Assembly (NCBI GenBank): GCA_963801665.1
Contig: CAWDFL010000003.1
Span: 88,901-152,900 of the forward strand
DNA length: 64,000 nt
Direction: 5' to 3'
Origin: an uncultured delta proteobacterium
GTDB lineage: Bacteria > Desulfobacterota > Binatia > Binatales > Binataceae
Shown: positions 8,955 through 18,662 of the stretch, in pieces
How the letters are laid out: every line of letters begins with the position of its first letter
How positions within the stretch are numbered: position 1 is the stretch's first letter
Made by a program: the position numbers and the translations under genes
The notes under the pieces: model-generated
What the model saw: the letters and a program-made list of their open reading frames with translations, nothing else
Database searches by the model: none
Told to the model about the DNA's origin: nothing

Positions 8955-9677
8955 ATGGTCAAGGCGGTTCGCAAAGCGTTTGCGGCTGACGCCGACAGCT
9001 ACGATCGTGCGCGTAGCAAACTGGTTCCGTGCTTCGACGATTTCTATCGCACGGCGCGCGAACTGCTGCCCTTTGGGGCCGACGATCGTTTCGAATTGCT
9101 GGATCTCGGCGCTGGCACCGGCCTCCTGTCGGCGATGATCGCCGGAGCCTTTCCGAACGCGCGGCTCACGCTGTTCGATCTCACGCCTGAAATGTTGACG
9201 ATTGCGCGCCAGCGGCTGAAGCCGGTTGGCAAACGCGTGAAGTTTGTGACGGCCGATTTCGCGAAGGCGGCGCCCTCCAAACCGTATGACGCCGTAGTGT
9301 CAGCGCTCGCGATTCATCATCTGCCCGATACCGGCAAGCGGCATCTGTTCGCCGATATTTTCAAGTACCTGACGCCTGGCGGGGTTTTTATCAACGCCGA
9401 TCAGGTGGCCGGCGAAGGCGCCGCAATAGACGAGCGGGCGCGCCAGATGTGGATCAAACGCGCGCGCGAACTGAAAGTCGGCGAGCGCGATCTGAACGCG
9501 GCGCTGGTGCGAATGAAGCTGGACATGCCCGCGACCGTGGGCCAGCAGCTTGCGTGGTTGCGCGAAGCGGGATTTGTCGAAGTGTCCTGCTCGTATCGCA
9601 ATTTGATCTTCGCGGTATTGTCGGGGACCAAGCCCGCCAACGTCCGCGAAGCGCACCCGGACGGGGCGCTCCGATAG
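8955..9677 (+). CDS. class I SAM-dependent methyltransferase
   Basis: Motif I LLDLGAGTGLLS, motif II VKFVTADF, post-I acidic residue. Divergent from the deacetylase/FkbH operon. Confidence 0.85.
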   Translation: MVKAVRKAFAADADSYDRARSKLVPCFDDFYRTARELLPFGADDRFELLDLGAGTGLLSAMIAGAFPNARLTLFDLTPEMLTIARQRLKPVGKRVKFVTADFAKAAPSKPYDAVVSALAIHHLPDTGKRHLFADIFKYLTPGGVFINADQVAGEGAAIDERARQMWIKRARELKVGERDLNAALVRMKLDMPATVGQQLAWLREAGFVEVSCSYRNLIFAVLSGTKPANVREAHPDGALR

Positions 9678-9715
9678 ATTCTACCGCGCTCGAGAGTAGT
9701 CAATTAATAGATTGA

Positions 9716-9760
9716 GCGCGGAGAAAGTGTATACGCCGGGGGCGTATACACTTCTCCGCT
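9716..9760. terminator. bidirectional hairpin between convergent genes (terminator candidate)
   Basis: gcgGAGAAaGTGTATACGCC-ggg-GGCGTATACACTTCTCcgc: a 16-17-bp near-perfect stem between the MTase stop (9677) and the minus-strand gene end (9778). No clear U-tract. Confidence 0.4.
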
Positions 9761-9777
9761 CATTGGACTCAACTATT

Positions 9778-10162
9778 CTATTGGCCGGTCGTCGTAGTCG
9801 TGGTCGTTTGAGACCCGGGATATCCATTGCTCCAGCTGGTCGTGGTTTGCCGCTGCGTCGTGCCATCAACGGTTCTGGTCTTGTTCTGCTCAACGACTCC
9901 ATTACCCCAGCTCGTTGTGGTTGTCTGGCTCGACTCAGTTGAGGGGACTACGACAGGAGATGGAACCTGCACCACCGGAGCTGGAGCCGCAACTACCACG
10001 GGCGGTGCAGATTCGACAACGGGCGGAGCCATCTGCACGACTGGAGGCGGCGTGGGAACAACGTCGACCTCTTTCGAACGTCGAGCATCCATAGAGAACG
10101 CCGCCGGCTGCCAGTGAAATTGCCAATGACGAATAACCAAGGACTCTTCGTAAAGTCTTCAT
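9778..10162 (-). pseudogene. Pro/Val/Thr-rich lipoprotein, apparently frameshifted after the signal peptide
   Basis: SD GGAG then ATG at 10160-10162 gives MKTLRRVLGYSSLAISLAAGGVLYGC (lipobox) in one frame. The low-complexity but protein-like body DARRSKEVDVVPTPPPVVQMAPPVV...TTTSW... (ORF 9778..10140) is in the adjacent frame, starting exactly at the lipobox Cys. Confidence 0.4.
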
Positions 10163-10650
10163 TTCAAAAACTCCTCGGGCAACTAGAAGCAGAGGCTGTG
10201 CCAAAATTACGTTCTCTATCTATTTGACCTCTCGAAAATTCCGCGCGCTCCGACCGTCTGAGAAATATATTGCGGCGCCGCAGTTTTCTGCTCGCCACCT
10301 GTTGATCGCCGATGCAGAAACCTGTGTAGCGGGGAATAGTTTCCGATCCGGGCATGTGGTTCCGCGTTGTCGGCCCGGAAGTGAGACGAAGTAGCTAACC
10401 CATCGAGTTTTTTTCGACAGATCTACGCCACGCAGCGTGCGCTCGCGCTCTCCAGGGATAATAAATCAATCGAAGTCTTTGAGGCTGTAATTTTTTTAGA
10501 GTTTTCACCGCGCTCAAATTTTTTACGCGCGAGATTTCCTTGGCGGTCCTCGCTTTCTAAGTATCCCGGCAAATGATAGGAGTGCGCCGTTGGTTTTGTG
10601 AATGCTGGGGAAAGACGCAAACCGTTTCTAACTTAGCTGGGAGGAGAATC

Positions 10651-10908
10651 ATGCAGATACGCAGAGCTCTATTGGTCTCAACCGCATCGGGACTGCTGGT
10701 CTTGGCGGCGGGCCTGTCCGGGTGTTCGATGTTTTCCGCATCGAATGTTCCGGTCGATTGCGACGTGGTGAAACAGCAGGTGCAGGCCGGACAGACCGAC
10801 GCTCAGATTGCCGCTAACCTGAGTACCACCGAGGACAAGGTCGCGGCCTGCCACGGTCCGGAGAACACCGGCAACAAGAGCACATTGATCCCCGAGAAGG
10901 GATACTGA
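10651..10908 (+). CDS. small lipoprotein (hypothetical)
   Basis: GGGAGGAG RBS then ATG at 10651. MQIRRALLVSTASGLLVLAAGLSGCSMF is a signal peptide with an LSGC lipobox. The upstream part of the 111-aa ORF is likely non-coding. Confidence 0.6.
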   Translation: MQIRRALLVSTASGLLVLAAGLSGCSMFSASNVPVDCDVVKQQVQAGQTDAQIAANLSTTEDKVAACHGPENTGNKSTLIPEKGY

Positions 10909-10951
10909 GCGGGAACGATCACATCAGCATCGCGACCGGTTACTGCATAGG

Positions 10952-10996
10952 GGCCGTGCCCGGGGTCTAAACATAAAACCCGGGCACGTGCCGGCC
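10952..10996 (+). terminator. GC-rich hairpin downstream of the lipoprotein gene
   Basis: ggccGTGCCCGGGgtctaaacataaaaCCCGGGCACgtgccggcc: 10-bp perfect stem, weak U-tract. Confidence 0.3.
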
Positions 10997-11140
10997 GATA
11001 TTTCGATCACATCTCCAAGGATCTGGCAGATTGGAGAAAAAATCGTTACGTTCGGGCAGAGGCGGAAGCTATGCTGACGTCTGCTTGATTCGAGCGCGCA
11101 GCACGATCCAGCCGAACGCTTTCATCAAAGGAGCAACAAC

Positions 11141-11878
11141 GTGATCGATCTATACTTCTGGCCAACACCAAACGGGAAAAAGATTGCCATCCTGCTCGAG
11201 GAAGCCGGCATCGCCTACAACATCAAGCCGATCAATATCGGCCGCGGCGATCAGTTGACGCCCGACTTCCTGAAGATCTCGCCCAACGGGCGGATGCCTG
11301 CGATCGTCGATCACGAGCCGAAGGGCGGCGGCGCGCCAGTCACCATTTTCGAATCCGGCGCCATCATGGAATACCTGGCCGAGAAAAGCGGAAAGTTCTG
11401 GCCCCAGGAAACGCATCAGAAATACGAAGTCATACAATGGGTCTATTGGCAGATGGCCAACCAGGGGCCGAAGATGGGAGAGCAGGGGCACTTTCGACGC
11501 GCCAGTCAGGATCCAAAAACTGGCGAGCAGCCTTACGCTCTCCTGCGCTTCGATAACGAGGTCCATCGAATCTACGGCGTGATGAATCTGGGGCTGCATC
11601 AGAAGCGCTACCTGGCTGCCGGCCAGTACACGATCGCCGACATGATTTGCTATCCGTGGGCGGCAACCTGGCAAGGACGAAATATCGATCTGGGCGAATT
11701 TCCCAACGTCAGGCGCTGGCTTGACGAGATTGCTGCGCGTCCTGCGGTAAAAAAGGCGACGGCCGCAGGCCCCGAGTATCGCGAGGATCCGGCAACGATT
11801 ACGCCCGCCGAGCGCGAGCGCCGTTCCAAGCTGCTGACTCATCAGCGCGCGCAAGCAGTACCCAAGCAATGGGGGTAG
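11141..11878 (+). CDS. glutathione S-transferase family protein (YfcG/YghU-like)
   Basis: Thioredoxin-like N-domain (IDLYFWPTPNGKKIAILLEE...RMPAIVDHE...ESGAIMEYL) plus a helical C-domain. Confidence 0.85.
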   Translation: MIDLYFWPTPNGKKIAILLEEAGIAYNIKPINIGRGDQLTPDFLKISPNGRMPAIVDHEPKGGGAPVTIFESGAIMEYLAEKSGKFWPQETHQKYEVIQWVYWQMANQGPKMGEQGHFRRASQDPKTGEQPYALLRFDNEVHRIYGVMNLGLHQKRYLAAGQYTIADMICYPWAATWQGRNIDLGEFPNVRRWLDEIAARPAVKKATAAGPEYREDPATITPAERERRSKLLTHQRAQAVPKQWG

Positions 11879-11925
11879 GACAATCGCCGTCAAGGCGATT
11901 ATTCAGGGGTCATTTAGGCGCGTCC

Positions 11926-11956
11926 GATCGGGAAGGGGTCGAGGGTCAGGTCGATC
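11926..11956. repeat. solo REP-like unit related to the 14216..14385 element
   Basis: gatcGGGAAGGGGtcgagGGTcAGGTCGATC matches the arms cGGGAAGGGGtcggGGGTtAGGTCGATC at 14338-14385 and the inverted copy at 14216-14262. Confidence 0.4.
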
Positions 11957-12056
11957 TTCAGGATCCATCAAACCCTTGGGACACAGGCGTTTCACGCGGT
12001 TTGCGCGCAACGCCGCTTCCCTAACGATCGTTCGGGTTTTTGCCAGATTTGTTCAT

Positions 12057-12073
12057 GGCTGAACTGTTCAGCC
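12057..12073. promoter_or_regulatory. perfect 17-bp palindrome GGCTGAAC-t-GTTCAGCC (candidate operator)
   Basis: Half-site GTTCAGCC is identical to the repeated half-site in the 18663-18709 array. Lies in the 700-bp non-coding spacer upstream of the antiporter gene. Confidence 0.3.
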
Positions 12074-12578
12074 TTATGCCCAAATCCACTTCGTGCAAAA
12101 GTGATCCCGTGGAAGCAATTCGCACACGATTCCGGACCGCTTTGCCTGTCTCAAGCCGGTGGAATGCTTTACGGATATTTCCGCAGGAAAGAGGCCGCCG
12201 AGACGGCGGCCCTACTGACATTAGACCTTTAATCAGTAGGACCGTCGTCTCGCCGGTCATTTCAGATCGCGCTGCGGCAATTTTCGACGGTCTTTCAGCG
12301 CCGGCGGACGGCCCCGTCCGCCATCGGCAAGAGCCGATACTGGCCGCGCCGGAGCGTCCAAAAATCGATGACCGAAAAAGCTGCTGAAACGAACCCATCG
12401 TGGCGAATTCGGCAGCATTTTCAAGGAGTTTATTTTTTAAGCGACTAGAAAAGATACCAAACGAACCCACCAAAAATGACCGATATCAAAAAATCCAAGG
12501 CACTACCTTGCCCAAAATCGGACACGATACGCTCAACCTGATGAAGTATCGCAGGGACCCGGCCGCTGTGGATCAGGC

Positions 12579-14153
12579 ATGAACATTCTGTTGTGGACTC
12601 TATCTTTGCTGCTGAGCGCGGTGCTGCTGGCGGCGCTCGCGCGGCGGATCAAGGTTCCGTCGCCGTCGTTGTTCGCGCTGGGAGGAGTGCTGGTCACGCT
12701 TCTGCCCGACAGTCCGCGAATCTCGCTCGAGCCCGACCTGGCGCTGGCCTTGTTCGTCGCGCCGGTGTTGATGGACGCGGCGTTTGACAGCTCGCTGCGC
12801 GATCTTCGCGAGAATTGGATCCCCGTTGTCAGCCTGGTTTTCGTCGCGGTGGCGGTCACGACGGCTGCCGTGGCGTTGGTCGCTCACTGGCTCGTACCCG
12901 CGATGCCGTGGGCGGTCGCGGTGGCTCTGGGAGCCGCAGTGGCGCCTCCGGACGCCGCCGCGGCTACGGCGGTTCTCAAAGAGGTGCGCCTGCCTCATCG
13001 GATGCTGGTCATCCTCGAGGACGAGAGTCTGCTCAATGACGCGAGCGCGCTGCTGATTTATCGATTAGCCCTGGGCGCCGCTATCGCACCCGCAGGTAAT
13101 GCATTGGACGTGGCGTCATCGCTGGCCTTCGTGTTGATCGCGAGCGTCGCGTTAGGTGTGCTGTTCGCCTATGTGTTCGGCGGCGTTGTGAACCGCTTTT
13201 CTCACGTGCCCAGCTCGATCGTTCTGCAGTTCGTCGGCGCGTTCGGGATCTGGATCCTGGCGGACCGGCTCGCGCTGTCTGGCGTGCTCGTGATCGTGGC
13301 CTCCGCGGTCGTATTGTCGCGCCGTGCGTCGGTGCGGATGCCGGCCGCGGTGCGAGTCCCGTCTTACGCGGTGTGGGATGCCGTAGTCTTCGTCCTCAAC
13401 GCACTCGCCTTCATCCTGATCGGCCTGCAACTGGGGCCGATCATGGATCGGCTGTCCCGCGCGCATCATGTTCACTACCTTGCTTTCGCCTGCGCGATCG
13501 TGGCGACCGCCGTCCTGGCGCGCGTTGGATGGGTGATGCTCTATAACGTGGCGCTGAGGATCACCCATCGCATCCTCGGCAAGCGCACTCCGCAATCGCT
13601 TTTGGCGCCGCCGTTCAAGCGCACTCTGCTGGTCGGATGGTGCGGGATGCGCGGGATCGTGACGCTCGCCGCCGCGCTCGCGCTGCCCGACGGTTCAGGC
13701 GCTCTGCCCGCCTTCCCTTATCGCGACCTGATAGTGTTGACGGCTTTCGCAGTGGTGCTCGGCACCCTGGTTATCCAGGGGTTCACGCTCCGGATACTCC
13801 TCAAGGTTCTGGGACTCGACGATGATGACGGGTCGGTCGAACGTGAATTACGGTCCGGGCGCGTCGAGATATTTCGGGCGGCGCTCGCGAGCGTAGACGA
13901 TCAGAACAACGAGGTCGCGGCCGGGCTTCGCCGTGAATATTCGGAGCTGCTGCGGCATATCGACGGGCCGGAGGGCTTGCCGGAAGAACAGCATCAGGCC
14001 GAGGTCGCGCTCCGCACCGCCGCAAGAATCGCGGCCCGTGATCGGCTGAATGCGCTGAGGCTCATCGGTGCGATAGGGGAAGAGGCCTTCGGTGAATTGC
14101 AAGCCGAGCTGGATCTAATCGATCTGGAGGCGGAGGTTCGCGGCCGCTGGTGA
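12579..14153 (+). CDS. cation:proton antiporter, CPA1 (NhaP-type Na+/H+ exchanger) with C-terminal cytoplasmic domain
   Basis: Multiple TM helices. Na+/H+ exchanger family motifs (LEDESLLNDASALLIY, GWCGMRGIVTLAAALALP). Confidence 0.85.
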   Translation: MNILLWTLSLLLSAVLLAALARRIKVPSPSLFALGGVLVTLLPDSPRISLEPDLALALFVAPVLMDAAFDSSLRDLRENWIPVVSLVFVAVAVTTAAVALVAHWLVPAMPWAVAVALGAAVAPPDAAAATAVLKEVRLPHRMLVILEDESLLNDASALLIYRLALGAAIAPAGNALDVASSLAFVLIASVALGVLFAYVFGGVVNRFSHVPSSIVLQFVGAFGIWILADRLALSGVLVIVASAVVLSRRASVRMPAAVRVPSYAVWDAVVFVLNALAFILIGLQLGPIMDRLSRAHHVHYLAFACAIVATAVLARVGWVMLYNVALRITHRILGKRTPQSLLAPPFKRTLLVGWCGMRGIVTLAAALALPDGSGALPAFPYRDLIVLTAFAVVLGTLVIQGFTLRILLKVLGLDDDDGSVERELRSGRVEIFRAALASVDDQNNEVAAGLRREYSELLRHIDGPEGLPEEQHQAEVALRTAARIAARDRLNALRLIGAIGEEAFGELQAELDLIDLEAEVRGRW

Positions 14154-14215
14154 GTTGGGAAGGGCTGCGCCCACCTTGATGGATGAAAATAGGATCCTTG
14201 GGGGGCGGCGCTTCT

Positions 14216-14385
14216 CAGGCAATCGACCTAACCCCTGTCCCCTTCCCGCACGGGAAGGGGCACACTGGTCACAAGGGTTGGAGTGGGCTGGCAAATTCCC
14301 GGCGCCGCTAGCGACGCCGCTGTTATCGAGTTCGGTTTCTGACTCCCCTTCCCGTGCGGGAAGGGGTCGGGGGTTAGGTCGATCT
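14216..14385. repeat. composite inverted-repeat (REP/MITE-like) element between convergent gene ends
   Basis: Left arm gatcgacctaacccctgtCCCCTTCCCGcacGGGAAGGGG (14220-14262) and right arm CCCCTTCCCGtgcGGGAAGGGGtcgggggttaggtcgatc (14338-14385) are inverted copies. Each also contains a self-complementary CCCCTTCCCG/CGGGAAGGGG hairpin. Confidence 0.5.
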
Positions 14386-14495
14386 TTTTGGCCTGCTCCG
14401 CAGCCAGGTTCATTTTCCGTATCGCGCCAGAGGTGCAGTGACTTTCTTGATAGGCTGCTCTCACGCCGACATGCGGGAAGCGGACAAATACGATG

Positions 14496-15617
14496 CTAGC
14501 ACTCGGGCCTGAAGGGGCTGCTCGGCGTACAGACTGTATCGAGGATCCGGCGCCAGAGCCCGTCGGCGATATAGTCGCGCTGGTCGATATTCGACATCAC
14601 CGAGATCGACCATCCGGTATCGGTGAATGTCGACGTGATGTTGTTGAATCCCGGCACGCGCCCCCCGTGCATAACTATCGGCCGTCCATAGAGATCGGTC
14701 ACCACCAGTCCGTACCCGTACACCGACGGCTCAGAGTGGCTGGAGCCGGTGATCGGCGGTGGCGTCGTCATCTGACGGACTTCGTCAGCGGGCAATATTT
14801 TTCCGTCCAGAAGCAAGCCGTCCCATTTCACGATATCCAGTACGTCAGAGCTGAGCGCGCCGGCGGCGAAGGTTGCGCTCGGATCGATAACTACGGCGCG
14901 CACGAGATTCCCGGAGTTGTCGCGAATATATCCGACCGCGTTTGCCCCGGTCGGCGACGGTCCGTAGGTGGTCGAGGTCAGGCCGTTGGGCGCGAGGAGT
15001 TTGCTCTGAATAAAATCGCCGTAAGACATGCCGGTGATATTTTCAATCACCACGCCGAGCACGAACGGATCGCTGTTCACATATTCATAAGCGGTTCCAC
15101 TCGGAAAGCCGAGAGGAAGCGGCGCGAGCGCATTGATTACCGTGAGCGGCGCGACTCCGTTAAACCATTCCGGAGCTTGGGGCAGCGTAACGTAGTCGAC
15201 GAGGCCCGCGCTCATGTTCATCAACGACTCGATCGTGATCCCGGGATCGGTCGCCAGTTCCGGAACGTACTTGGAGACCGGATCCGTCAGCGCCAGTGCG
15301 GGCGGATTCTGATTCGCCAGCATCATGATCGCCGCCGAGGTGAATTGCTTGGTCACCGAGGCGATTTGGTAGATCGAGTTGGGAGTCGCGGGAATTTTGT
15401 TGTCGACGTCGATAAATCCCGCGCAGTGCGAGTAGGTGACTTTCCCTTTCCGGCCAATCGCGACACAGATCGACGGAACATTGTTCGTGGCCTGCGCGGA
15501 ATCGATCAGCTGATCGACTTTACTGGTATAGTCAGGCTGCCCCGACGCCGAGCCGGTGCAACCCGCCGCGAACAGGACAAACACAAAACTGAGGATAATC
15601 CACGGAACACTTTTCAA
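14496..15617 (-). CDS. serine hydrolase / beta-lactamase-family lipoprotein
   Basis: Signal peptide with lipobox (LFAAGCTG), SxxK active-site motif ASVTKQF, YEY/SDP-like downstream motifs. Confidence 0.85.
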   Translation of the reverse strand: MKSVPWIILSFVFVLFAAGCTGSASGQPDYTSKVDQLIDSAQATNNVPSICVAIGRKGKVTYSHCAGFIDVDNKIPATPNSIYQIASVTKQFTSAAIMMLANQNPPALALTDPVSKYVPELATDPGITIESLMNMSAGLVDYVTLPQAPEWFNGVAPLTVINALAPLPLGFPSGTAYEYVNSDPFVLGVVIENITGMSYGDFIQSKLLAPNGLTSTTYGPSPTGANAVGYIRDNSGNLVRAVVIDPSATFAAGALSSDVLDIVKWDGLLLDGKILPADEVRQMTTPPPITGSSHSEPSVYGYGLVVTDLYGRPIVMHGGRVPGFNNITSTFTDTGWSISVMSNIDQRDYIADGLWRRILDTVCTPSSPFRPEC

Positions 15618-15654
15618 CTGAGGTCTCCACTCCTGAATACCGGTTCAACTGTGG

Positions 15655-18600
15655 CTATGGGCTTAATTCATCGAGAAGCGTTTTCGCGTCCCTTAGATCC
15701 GCGGTGTCAAAGCCTTCGGTGAACCAGGCGTAAATTTCGGCGAGCATTTTGCGCGCATGGTCGCGCTTGCGCTGCTTGGTCAGCAAGCGCGCAAGGCTGG
15801 TGGTCGCACGCAGCTCCCAGGATTTCGCGTGCTGTCTGCGCGAAATCTCAATCGCGGTACGGATGGATTTCTCCGCACGCGTGGCATTTGACGGATCCTG
15901 CGCCAGCAGCAGCTCGCCCTGAAGCCGATTCAGTTCCGCCTCGTAATACCGTTGGCCGGTTCTCTCGATGAACTGAAATGACTCGCCGATCGCGCTAAGG
16001 CCTTCATCGAACCGCTTCTCCCGGCCCAGTGCGGTGCAAATAAACGAGAAATAACGGTCGCTGATATACTCCGAGCCGACGGCCTTCAGCTCCAGCATCG
16101 GGCGCTTCATTCGCGCGATTCCGCCGTCGAGGTCGCCCGCGATCGCATCCGCCCATCCGAGGTAAATTTCGCTGAGCGTGCGGCCGGTGAAGTAGCCCGA
16201 TTCGGTTGATAGCGCCAGTCTTGCCTGCGCATTCGCTCTCATTTGCTCGGGCTCGTGACGAAGCTCATGAATGTACGAGGCGAATCCGTATATGTCCGTC
16301 AGGATTGTCTTTGTCCCGAATTGCGCGATATCGGCCGCGATCTTTATTCGTTCCAGCGCGCGATCGGGATAACCCATGAACCACGCGTTCCATCCTGAGA
16401 GAATGCGGTTGTTTTGTTGAGTGCCGGAGTCCCAGGTCATCAGGAGTTCGGGCGTTCGCAGCGCGCGCTGATGCGTCAGAGGCGCGGGGCCGACCATCGA
16501 TTCCATCCGCGTCCACGCCCGATCGAAGCCAAGGGCTGCGTGCTCGAAGTCGCCTGAGACCATCTGGGTGTACGCCAACCAGTTCTCCGCTTCCGCGAGG
16601 TACCCAAGGTCTCCGTGTTCCTCGGCTCGTGCGACCAGCTCCCCGGCGATCGCTTCGGCTTTGCGCACGTCGGGGCGGAGTTGTTGAACGAAAAAAATTG
16701 GCCAGAGCGCCCACCAGGCCTTTTCCCATTTGATCCCTGGCCGCTGGCAAAGCTCGACTGCCCGAAGGTACGACCGTTCGGCCTCGGGCGAGGAGTAACC
16801 CTTGCTGTCACCGAGCGGCGTGAAGGCTGCGTTCCTCAAGTCCAGCTCGGCCTCCGCGCGACGGTCGTCATCGGGGAGGTCTCGCAGCAGATCAAGCCCG
16901 GCTTCGTATTGCGCGAGCGCTTCGGCATTGGAGCCGATGTGAGCGAACCTCGTGACCGCTTTCAAAGCGTATTTCACCGCCTTGGCCGGATCGCCGCCAC
17001 GCGCGTAATGGTAGGCAAGTTCGGCCAGATCGTCGTCGAGCCTCTCCGCGCCCATCGGTTCATCCGAATCGATTCGTTCGATCGCGCGCGCCAGTTCGAG
17101 ATGAAGCCGCTGGCGCCGCGCCGCCGACAAACTGCCGATCACCGCTTGCCGAATAAGCTCATGGGAGAACTGAAACCGCGCTTTAGGACGGTCCGCGACT
17201 GAGAGCACCAGGCCCGCACGTTCCGCTTCCTCGATACAATCCAGAAGCGAGTCCGCGTCGGCCGCGCTCGAGGCCGCAAGCAGCTCGAAGCTGAAGAACA
17301 GCCCGATCGTCGCGGCGGCCGCGAGCATCTTCTGGGTCGGGCCGCTAAGTCGCGCCAGCCGGCGCGCGACCACTAGCCGAACGCTCGGCGGCGCCTCCAG
17401 CTCGCCAATCTTGAGCTCGGCAAGAAACTGCCCCGACGAGTCGTACAGGCGATCTTCCTCTTCGAGATGGCGGAACAGCTCCTCGACGAAGAACGGATTG
17501 CCACCGGTCTCGGCACGAATCGCGCTCACTACGGCGGGCGGCGGCGATTTCCCGCTCAGGCTCGCAAGCATCGCGGCCACCTCGGCGCGTGGCAGCGCTT
17601 TGAGGTTCACCGGAGTTGCGAGCCGGCGACGCGCCAGATCTTCCAGCGTTTTTGCCAGCGCCCGAGTGATATTAAGCTCCGCGATGCGGTAGGTGCCGAC
17701 GACCATCAGGGGGAGATCAGACAGCCGCTCTGTCAGGTGATCGAGCAGCGACAAGGTCGAATCGTCGGCCCAGTGAAGATCTTCGAGAATCATCAGCGTC
17801 GGCTGCTGCGCCGCGATCCGCGCGGCGAAATCGAAAAAGCAATTGAACAGATGCCGCCGCGCCTGGGCGGGGGGCAAATCGAGCGGCGGCGGGAGATCCG
17901 GCAGGATGTTCTTGAGCTTGGGCAACAAGCGCGCGAGCTCCCGCACCTCGTCTCCGAGCGCCCTGCGAAGAAGCTCCCGATCCGGCGTGCCGCCGACGAA
18001 GTTCTCAAGGATTTCCACGAACGGCAGATAGGCGACGGCCTCATCGTGCTCGGAGCAATGCCCAATCAGCAGCGCCATCCCCTTTGCCTCAGCCGCGGCC
18101 GCGACCTCGTCAGCCAATCTGGTCTTGCCGACACCCGGCTCGCCGGAGATCAGAAACAGGCGTCCGCGACTCGAGGCCGCATCGTCGAGTCCGCCGAGTA
18201 ACGAAGCCAGGTCGCGCTCGCGTCCCACCAACACACTCGGCGGACGCGATCGGGATTGCGGGGGTTTGGCGCTTTTTCGGCCGCGAATCTCGGCGACGAA
18301 TCGATAGCCTCGTGCCGGCACGGTGGCGACAAATCGAGGCGTCTCGGGATCGTCGCGCAGAGCCCGCCTGAGTTTTAGCACCGCGGTGTTGATGCTGGCC
18401 TCGCTATCGACAAAGACGCCCTTGCCCCAGACGCGCTCCAGAATCTCCTCGCGCGTAACCAGCCGTCCACGGCGCTCGATCAACAGGCAAAGCAACTCGA
18501 GCGGGATGCGCTGGAGCGGGACGACCGCGCCATCGCGGCGCAGCTCGCGAGCACCGCGGTCCAGCGAAAAACCCTCAAATTGAAAGAGATCTTCGGACAT
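15655..18600 (-). CDS. transcriptional regulator: N-terminal OmpR/PhoB-type winged helix + AAA/STAND NTPase + C-terminal TPR repeats
   Basis: Residues 20-100 resemble trans_reg_C (LVTREEILERVWGKGVFVDSEASINTAVLKLRRAL...RGYRF). Walker A GEPGVGKT, Walker B LMILEDLHWAD. The C-terminal about 450 aa are helical-repeat rich. Confidence 0.85.
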   Translation of the reverse strand: MSEDLFQFEGFSLDRGARELRRDGAVVPLQRIPLELLCLLIERRGRLVTREEILERVWGKGVFVDSEASINTAVLKLRRALRDDPETPRFVATVPARGYRFVAEIRGRKSAKPPQSRSRPPSVLVGRERDLASLLGGLDDAASSRGRLFLISGEPGVGKTRLADEVAAAAEAKGMALLIGHCSEHDEAVAYLPFVEILENFVGGTPDRELLRRALGDEVRELARLLPKLKNILPDLPPPLDLPPAQARRHLFNCFFDFAARIAAQQPTLMILEDLHWADDSTLSLLDHLTERLSDLPLMVVGTYRIAELNITRALAKTLEDLARRRLATPVNLKALPRAEVAAMLASLSGKSPPPAVVSAIRAETGGNPFFVEELFRHLEEEDRLYDSSGQFLAELKIGELEAPPSVRLVVARRLARLSGPTQKMLAAAATIGLFFSFELLAASSAADADSLLDCIEEAERAGLVLSVADRPKARFQFSHELIRQAVIGSLSAARRQRLHLELARAIERIDSDEPMGAERLDDDLAELAYHYARGGDPAKAVKYALKAVTRFAHIGSNAEALAQYEAGLDLLRDLPDDDRRAEAELDLRNAAFTPLGDSKGYSSPEAERSYLRAVELCQRPGIKWEKAWWALWPIFFVQQLRPDVRKAEAIAGELVARAEEHGDLGYLAEAENWLAYTQMVSGDFEHAALGFDRAWTRMESMVGPAPLTHQRALRTPELLMTWDSGTQQNNRILSGWNAWFMGYPDRALERIKIAADIAQFGTKTILTDIYGFASYIHELRHEPEQMRANAQARLALSTESGYFTGRTLSEIYLGWADAIAGDLDGGIARMKRPMLELKAVGSEYISDRYFSFICTALGREKRFDEGLSAIGESFQFIERTGQRYYEAELNRLQGELLLAQDPSNATRAEKSIRTAIEISRRQHAKSWELRATTSLARLLTKQRKRDHARKMLAEIYAWFTEGFDTADLRDAKTLLDELSP

Positions 18601-18662
18601 CGTTTCCGATCGCGGATTCTACTTCCGCTGCTGACGAGGGTACAGCCGCGCGGTTTCGGAAA

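Noticed and set aside
9827-10117. 96-aa Thr/Gly-rich plus-strand ORF
   Set aside because: It is the antisense low-complexity mirror of the Pro/Val/Thr-rich minus-strand lipoprotein body.
12021-12473. 150-aa minus and 115-aa plus ORFs in the GST-antiporter spacer
   Set aside because: No RBS, atypical composition and overlap with palindromic/hairpin structures. The region is better explained as a regulatory leader.
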